Source: Eledone cirrhosa (taxonomy: Eukaryota). Taken from it: DNA of 64,000 nt. Location of the stretch: contig OZ024743.1 of NCBI GenBank assembly GCA_964016885.1, positions 59,272,001-59,336,000 on the forward strand. Direction: 5' to 3'. The position numbers and the translations under genes are program-made. The notes under the pieces were generated by a model. The model was not told where the DNA came from and made no database searches. It worked only from the letters and a program-made list of their open reading frames with translations. Below are positions 55,860-64,000 of this stretch, one piece after another (within the stretch, counting starts at the first letter, position 1; every line of letters starts with the position of its first letter).

Positions 55860-56173
55860 AGCACGGAAAATATATTTAAGGTTCTGTTTTTCTTTATTTC
55901 TTCTTTCATTCGTCAAAGTGAAATTATTGAAAAAATGAGAGGAACAATTTTTTTAAAAGGGGAGTTTTATAATGTATATAAATATAACCGGTTTCGATGT
56001 ATCAGTGTGAGCCATCTTGTCAAATGCTGATTATTACAATTAAAAAGAATAAAAAAGAACAAAAAATTAAAAATTTAAAATTAACTGTTGAAATACTTTA
56101 ACAAAATTGAGATTTTTCCTAAAAATAATTTTGTTCTGTGAAAAAACACGCCTGCTACTACTACTACTACTAG

Positions 56174-56220
<47 letters not shown>

Positions 56221-56530
56221 TGACTACCTCTCTCTATATATATATACAGCTCAAATTGAGAGCCAGTCTTCACATGAAAGATGAAGAGACCTTTTTAACA
56301 CTTAATTTAACATTTTTTATTCGATAAAATAAAGAACTAGAAATGCACTGGGGTAACTGCTGGCTCACAGTGATACATCGAAACCGCTTCTATTTTATAT
56401 ATTTTAAATACATTATAAAATTCCCCCTTTTTAAAAGTATTGTTTCTCTCATTTTTCAATAATGTCACTTTGACGAATCAAAAAAGAAAAAAAAAGATAA
56501 AGAGATCATTAAATATATTTTCCGTTCTAT
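55860..56530. repeat. Element with ~160-bp inverted arms, HHR-like U3-A8 motif at 55982-56027 (-), internal (CTA)n
   Basis: Reverse: at-TTGACAA-gatg..catc-GAAA-ccgg-TT-at (stem I weak); arms 55860-56015 vs 56362-56525. Confidence 0.65.
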
Positions 56531-56761
56531 TTCCAATTCCAACTTTTCTCTATAACCTTATTCCCTTTTCAAATATATATATAGAGAGAGATAGATAGAT
56601 ATTAAAGTACGTGTTAGTTTATCACCGATTATTAATAAATGAATTATAACTCTGATTTCTACTTTATCATTATATATACACATACATATATATATGTGTG
56701 TGTGTGCGCGCGCGTTTGTGTGTATATGTGTGTATGTATCTGTGACCGGGTGCATAGCTGT

Positions 56762-56887
<126 letters not shown>

Positions 56888-57754
56888 GTGAGTTTTTTTA
56901 CAAAATGAAAAAGAAACGAGGTATCCTACACGAGTGAAAGTATAAAGAAAAAAAGATGAAATCGAAAATGCAACTGAACTCTTATTTAAAAAAATATATA
57001 TATATATATTTATTTGTTTCCTTTACCGGTTTCGCAGTTCTTCTGTTTTTCAAAAGTAGAGTTGAGATGGAGTGTCTGTGGTTTTTCTCAGGTAAAGGAA
57101 CCAAATAATTATATATATTTTTTTTAAAATAAGACTCCAGTTGCATTTTCGAGTTCATCTTGTTTTCTTTATATATATATATATATAAATGTAAGTATGT
57201 ATGTATACGTACATCCATATATGTATACAGACGTACAGTAGTATGTATATATATACATACATGCACACATATATATATGCACGTATCGGTTTACCGAACA
57301 TTTATTATATTTATCGGTTTCGGTGTGCCCGGCCGACTGAACTCACTCGATATGCAAATTAGGCTGCTCAGCCGTTAATATGCATAGGGAAAGTATGTAC
57401 TTTCAGACGTTCAACCATCTGGCAGGAAGGTATATGATGCTGATGATAGCTAATAAGCTTGAAACTAATACATCGTTCCTGGGTCAACGTTGAACAAAAA
57501 GGTGACGTGGTTGCCTAAACACTGTACGGCGTAATTCGGGCTGTTTGTTTGTTTACAAACAAACAGACCGAGCATTATAATAAATGTTCGGTAAACCAAT
57601 ACGTAGATATATTTATGTGTGTAGGTATGTATACATATACATACTACTGTACGTCTGTATACATATATGTATGTACGTATACATACATACATACTTACAT
57701 TTAAGTAAGTGCCGTACTGAGAGTGAGAAATGAAATTTCGTTTCATTCTCTTCC

Positions 57755-57805
<51 letters not shown>

Positions 57806-57919
57806 CAACGTGAGGATTGGGCTTAAATTTAATATTTTTAATACTTCTCTGGGTGGATTATTGGTTTATTAATTTATTGATATCTTATCCTTTCATTGAG
57901 ATACTTACGTATTAAGGTA

Positions 57920-58029
<110 letters not shown>

Positions 58030-58113
58030 TATATATATATATATATATTTACACGTATGTGTGTTTATGTGTATGCGTATATATATGCACATGTAGAATG
58101 ATTTGTATGTATC

Positions 58114-58183
<70 letters not shown>

Positions 58184-58229
58184 TATGAAGTAAACTATAT
58201 TAAAGACAGTTTAGTTTTTAAGTTACATG

Positions 58230-58269
<40 letters not shown>

Positions 58270-58627
58270 ATATTAACAAATGGAAACTATATTTATAAAA
58301 CCATATTTATTTTATTATACATATTTCAAGGGCCACCAAAGCAGAATATGGCGCGCTTTCATCAAATAAAATACAATACAGATTAGTGTTATAAATAAAT
58401 ATTGACATACCCTGAAAGAATACAACCTTAACGGTTGGAGCTTCCTGTGTTGTATTTTATCTGACGAAAGCGCCCCATAATCTGCCTTGGTGGCCCTTGA
58501 AATATGTATAATAAAATAATATGGTTTTATAAATATAGTTTCCATTTATTAATATATTGTATATTTACTCCAATAATTTGTTGAATGCTTTATATTAGTT
58601 ATATCCCAACAAATTAAATATAACCTC

Positions 58628-58664
<37 letters not shown>

Positions 58665-58701
58665 CAGCAATTCTTTGCTTAAACTTTAATCTGTTATTTT
58701 A

Positions 58702-58778
<77 letters not shown>

Positions 58779-59569
58779 TAACATATTAAAGTTTAAGCAA
58801 AGAATCGCTGCTTTCATCCTTAACGGGATCTTCTCATACTAAAAAAGTCAATCTGTGAACGCAGAAGTAAATATTTTAAAAAACGTTGTAACCGATGGAA
58901 GACAGGAAGGCAATACTTTGGTTCGTGGAAACGTTCCCTGGCAAAGAACGGAAAAAACGAATATAATACGTCATTATTTGTGCGTTGAAAACAATACACA
59001 CAAAGAGGAAAACACATTTATGGTATAAATGAAGTAGTAGACTGATATTCTATTAGATGGTTCATGGAGACGTTCTCCGGCAATGAACGGAAAAAACGAA
59101 GATAATACGTCATTATGTGGTGCATGAGTACAATTACACGCAAATACAAAACCACATAAATGGTATAACTGAAGTCGTAGACTAAAATTCGATTTAGGAA
59201 ACCGAATGATTCTCGGCTTCAGAGTTAGGAATAAAGTAAATATAAACAGGGGTAATTGAAATTAAATAAATATATACACGCATCTATATACGTACATACA
59301 CAAGCATACGCGAAAATACTCGGCATGGGTATTCAAATACAAGCACGTACACAACAAAACACGCACGCACGTACATAACCAACGCGACGCCTGTAGCCGC
59401 ACACATACGAACGTATACACCAAATACACATAAAAATGTATTTAAAAAAATATATATATCTGTGTGTGTGTGCGTGTATACATAATTAAATAAAGGTATA
59501 TAAATATACACACATAAATAGGTATATAACGCGCGCACACACATACCTACATGTAAATACACATATATT

Positions 59570-60015
59570 CGCGGGCGGTGATTTTAAACCCATCATCGTT
59601 GATTTCATTAATGACGCTCCGATTAGTTTTACGCGGGCGGTGATTTTAAACCCATCATCGTTGATTTCATTAATGGCGCTCCGATTAGTTTTACGGTAAT
59701 CCTTAGTTACAGCATTATGTAGCAGTTGATGGTAAGTACTGCGCTCCACTTGATATAGATTGCCAGTTCTGTCATTGTGGACGTGCACGGCATTAGAATC
59801 CTTAATAGAACGAATTCTAATATTCAGGTCCTGCTTGAAGGCATTGCTCTTATAATAGGTTGTAACGCGAATTTATCCTGTTTGTTGTATGCTTTTCCCT
59901 GATTAACGAAATAAAAGGCACGCCAACGCAACCTTTTAATAAACGCGTCTGTTTTCAGTATCAGGAGGTTTCTGCTTGGTATATTGGTAGAAATATTCAA
60001 ATTTTGTTTCTGCAT
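59570..60015 (-). pseudogene. 5' fragment of a second Naiad-type PLE ORF
   Basis: STNIPS..LILKTDAFIKRLRWRAFYF; VHNDRTGNLYQV..YHQLLHNAVTKDYRKT..INEIN; 62-bp tandem duplication at 59571-59695. Confidence 0.8.
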
Positions 60016-60819
60016 GATGAATATAAGTCAATAGAGTGCTCAAACGAGACTAAAACACAAAGAGGGCTCGATTGGATAAATATATATCAGATATATAAGA
60101 ACCGTAGAGCAAATATTTATTAAAATAACAGATTAAAGTTTAAGCAAAGAATCGCTGTTTTCACCCTTAACGGGATCTATCAATGATATTAATAAATGGA
60201 AACTATATTTATAAAACTATATTTATTCTATTATATATATTTCAAGGGTATCAAAACTTTGGTACGCCCTCATCAGATAAAATGCAAAGTTTGTTTAATA
60301 AATATTGACATATCCAGAAAGGAGATCTTAACGGTTCAAGTTTTTCCTGGATAGTAAAAGGAAAGAGGGGAAAGAGAGGAAAAGTAAAATATTTCAAATT
60401 ATTAAGATGAATATGCAAATGAGGTTGAGGTATAGGGCTGAAAAAAACGTTATTTTTAGACGCTAGGTAGATTTAAATAATCATTAGGATATATATATAT
60501 ATGTATGTGTAGGAAGAAGAAAGAGAAAGAAAGAAAAGCTTGTATTAACATGAATTTAAAAAGAATTAACATTTGTAGGAATGGTGGAATATGATTCCAG
60601 AATTAAAAAAAGACATTTAGCTTTATTATGACTTATAATATTATATATATAATCAATTAGATTATATGAAGAAGTATGGTTGTAAGTACATTTTATCTTA
60701 TTATATTGCAACAGGTTGTAAGTATATACATATCTATATAAATTAATAAGTGTGCGAGTATAAGCATTAGTGGTGATTTTATAGAAATAAAACACGTTTA
60801 CTTTTCTAATATGAGTTAA

Positions 60820-61052
60820 GATCAGAGCAAACAACACGGACACTCTATCTCAAAATTATTTTTGAAAAGCATTTAGAAATGCGCAACCGGTAAAAACTTA
60901 AAAACTTAAAACCACAACTGAATACTAACCCATACAATCACTAATACTCTTTTATTCCTAATTAAAGCATTTTTCAACTGTGAACAATTTGTCAGCATTT
61001 TCTATTCCGTTTACCAATATATAATAACTTGTGCGTTACACCTCTATTCTTT

Positions 61053-61142
<90 letters not shown>

Positions 61143-61330
61143 TAAAAAGGAAAAGAAAATGCTGACAAATTTTTCCCAGTGAGAAATAGTTTAATTAGGA
61201 ATAAGTATAAATTAGTAATAACTATTGGTTTGTATTCAGTTTTAGTTTTAAGCTTTAACCGGTTGCTCATTTCTAATGCTTTTCAAAAATAATTTTGAGA
61301 TAGAGCGCTCGTGATGTTTGCTCTAATCTG
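60820..61330. repeat. Inverted pair of pLTR-like repeats around a (TA)n run (third copy 38030-38240), each with UUGAAAA..GCAA HHR-like motif
   Basis: ttt-TTGAAAA-gcattt ag aaatgc-GCAA-ccgg-TA-aaa at 60859-60895; reverse at 61254-61289 and 38158-38194. Confidence 0.8.
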
Positions 61331-61562
61331 TATATATATATACACACACACAGACACAAACACACACACTCACATGTATATATATATATATGAAATATAA
61401 GAATCTAAGAACTGTTCAAAACATTATTGTGCTTACAGCTGTTTCCTCCAAACCGAGGTTTGGATTCTTCGGAGCAATTTATTAATGCATGGACAGTTAT
61501 ATGACCTCCTTTTCATACTTTAAATAGTATAACTAATACTATATATATATATATATATATAT

Positions 61563-62103
61563 ACTAGCTGACCCGTCCGGTTTGCGACCGGCTGGATATA
61601 CCAGCCCCCACCACTCCACTGCAAAGATACCACACACCCTCCCGTGTCACATTGTCCTTCCAACTCTCTCTCTCTCTCCCCCCCTCTTTCTCTCTGAATA
61701 ACTAACACTTTAATTGTATCTCTCTGTAATTGTATCTCTCTCTGTCTAACGGCCTATCTCTCTCTGTTTTTCTGTCTCTCTCTGTAGATGTGTGTGTGTA
61801 GTTTTCCTAATCTTTCTCTAAATCTCTCTCTTTCTCCTCCCCCCTCTCTCTATGTGTATATATTGAAGGGAGATACTGAAACTAAAACATTGTTGTCATA
61901 TAGAGTGTGAAGAGCGACGGAGAGAGTAAAGCTAAGAAACTATAGGGAGATGTGTAGGATACATACATAATACATACGACGCTTAGCTCTGACTCTCTCT
62001 CGCTCTCTCTCTCTCTGAATAACTAACAATCTAATTGTATCTATTTCTCTGTCTAACGGACTATCTCTCTCTGTAGATGTGTGTGTGTAGTTTTCCTAAT
62101 CTT

Positions 62104-62176
<73 letters not shown>

Positions 62177-62270
62177 GTGTATATATTGAAGGGAGATACG
62201 GAAACTAAAACAGTGTTGTCATATAGAGAGTGAAGAGCGAAAGAGAGAGTAAAGCTGTTAAATTATAGAG
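61563..62270 (-). mobile_element. Non-autonomous Helitron-like 3' end with internal ~300-bp duplication
   Basis: Reverse strand ends ccggtcgcaaaccgg hairpin + acgggtcag-CTAG-t; 61660-61950 repeated at 61990-62270. Confidence 0.6.
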
Positions 62271-62279
62271 ACAACAAAG

Positions 62280-63843
62280 ACACCTGCTTGGCAAAAGAGT
62301 ACCGACCCATTGCATGCCAGAACCTGATGTATAAGATGTATACAGCCTGCCTGAACCTATTCCTCCAAGATTTACTGTGAAAATAATAACATCATAACAG
62401 ATGAACAATCAGCTGGAAAGAAAGGGGTTTGGGGATGTGCTGAACAACTCCTAATCAACAAAACTGCGATGTCGGAGGTGCGACAACATAGGAGGAATAT
62501 GGCTACATTCTGGGGGGACGACAGGAAACCTTTCGATTCTGTTCCACACTCTTGGATAATAGAGGCCCTCCAACTTGCTAAAGTCCCAGGCATTATTGTC
62601 AGAGCCATAGAGAGGCTGTCTTCTTCTTGGGCCACTATCTTACGGTTAAAGACAGAGAGGGAGGACTCTATTTTCACTGATAAAATAAAATATTGCAGGG
62701 GTATATTTCAGGGGGACAGTCTCGCTGTGATATTATTCATCTTGTTATTAAACCCCTTGTCCTTTCTGCTCAAGAAATGTGAGAGATACATCATTGGCTC
62801 ACAGAAGGACAGAAATACGAACCTAACCCATAATTTATTTGTGGACGATCTGAAACTCTATGCCAAGAACATGGATGGGATGAAGAAAAATCTTGACCTG
62901 GTTACAACGTTCTCAAAGGATGTAGGAATGGAGTTTGGCCAAAATAAATGCTCATACATGACTGTAAAGCGGAAAAAAACAACAATCCAATCTAGCAACA
63001 TTGTCATCAATGGCCTAACTGTTTCACCGATATCTGATGAGGACTGCTACAGATACCTGCAGATAGATGAGAACATACCCTATAATGGTATCTGTAATAA
63101 AGAACGCGTAACCAGGGAATACTACACCCGATTAAGAGAGATCTGGTGATCAGGACTCTCTGCGCAAAACAAAACAGTGGCTCACAATGTGTTTGCTGAG
63201 CCTGTCCTAACACCAACGTATGGAATACTCAATTGGACGATAGACGAAATCCGAGCAGTTAATGTTGGAACTCGAAAAATACTAAACAACACCGGAAACT
63301 TCCACATCAACAGTAACATAGACCGCCTTTACTTGAAACGTAAGCAGGGAGGTATAGGCCTAACATCAGTCCGGACAACATTTGAATATCGCATCATATC
63401 TTTCCGACAACATCTACGAACCTCGAAGCGTAGGAGCCAGTTTCTCGAGCAAGTCTATCTGCATGAAACAGATAAGATCATGAGAGTTGGGAAGGAAACC
63501 CTCGAGAGATATTCCCTGTGTGATAATCAAAAACTTACACCCAGGGATGTCGCTCAGCAGTATCGCAGTGAATCCATGGATGAAAAACTGCATACTTATC
63601 AGCAAAAAATCATGTATGGATATGTTGCCAGGAAGCTCCAGAGTCAGAGTAATATAGATAAGGAAAGTAGTCTATCTTGGACCAACAACCGCTATATTGG
63701 CTCCCACTTTGAAGGATACGCTTTTGCAATCCAAGAACAGGAGATTAACACGAAATACCTGATTCACAAAAGAGATAGGGATGCAGGCAAAACACCTAGT
63801 TGTGATAACAAGTGCAGACTCTGCAGAACTAACATCGAGGATA
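62280..63843 (+). pseudogene. R4/Dong-clade non-LTR retrotransposon RT (stop at 63147-63149, truncated after zinc knuckle)
   Basis: EQSAGKKGVWGCAEQLLINK, KPFDSVPHSWI, RGIFQGDSL, LFVDDLKLYA, GMEFGQNKC, DRLYLKRKQGGIGL, FAIQEQEINTK, CRLC..ED. Confidence 0.9.
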
Positions 63844-64000
63844 GCAGCTCTTCAGATAGCTATTTCCATTCTATAGGACGTTATGTGTGGGTCACTTTAA
63901 CGGCCGGACTTAATACTATCGGGCAGTAAGCTATATATTTACAAACTGAGAGACTTTACGTCCTATAGAATGGACGAGCTGATCTTTCCGTTGGAAATTC

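Noticed and set aside
63147-63149. In-frame TGA in the R4/Dong RT
   Set aside because: Not at a conserved Cys; the copy is otherwise decayed, so an ordinary nonsense mutation

Overview
AT-rich, repeat-saturated animal DNA with no convincing host gene. Long (TA)n/(CA)n/(GA)n runs, a tRNA-derived SINE family and the TE mix suggest a coleoid cephalopod (Octopus-like), which is an inference. Most listed ORFs are microsatellite artefacts. Real coding remnants are all transposable elements: several Penelope-like elements (PLEs, including Naiad-type RT and GIY-YIG pieces), mariner, a near-complete DD37D maT element, a Chapaev-like transposase, and RTE, Tx1/L1, CRE and R4/Dong LINE fragments. The main hidden signal is non-coding. 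Many sequence islands between (TA)n runs are fold-back, pLTR-like elements carrying type-I hammerhead ribozyme (HHR) folds; I found about 25 motifs by eye, in roughly a dozen families. They include a non-coding array of three HHR-bearing ~568-bp units (retrozyme/circRNA-like, 29.8-31.4 kb). At least four families have an HHR core with the compensatory U3-A8 pair (UUGANAA) instead of C3-G8. All folds were judged by eye and none is experimentally verified.
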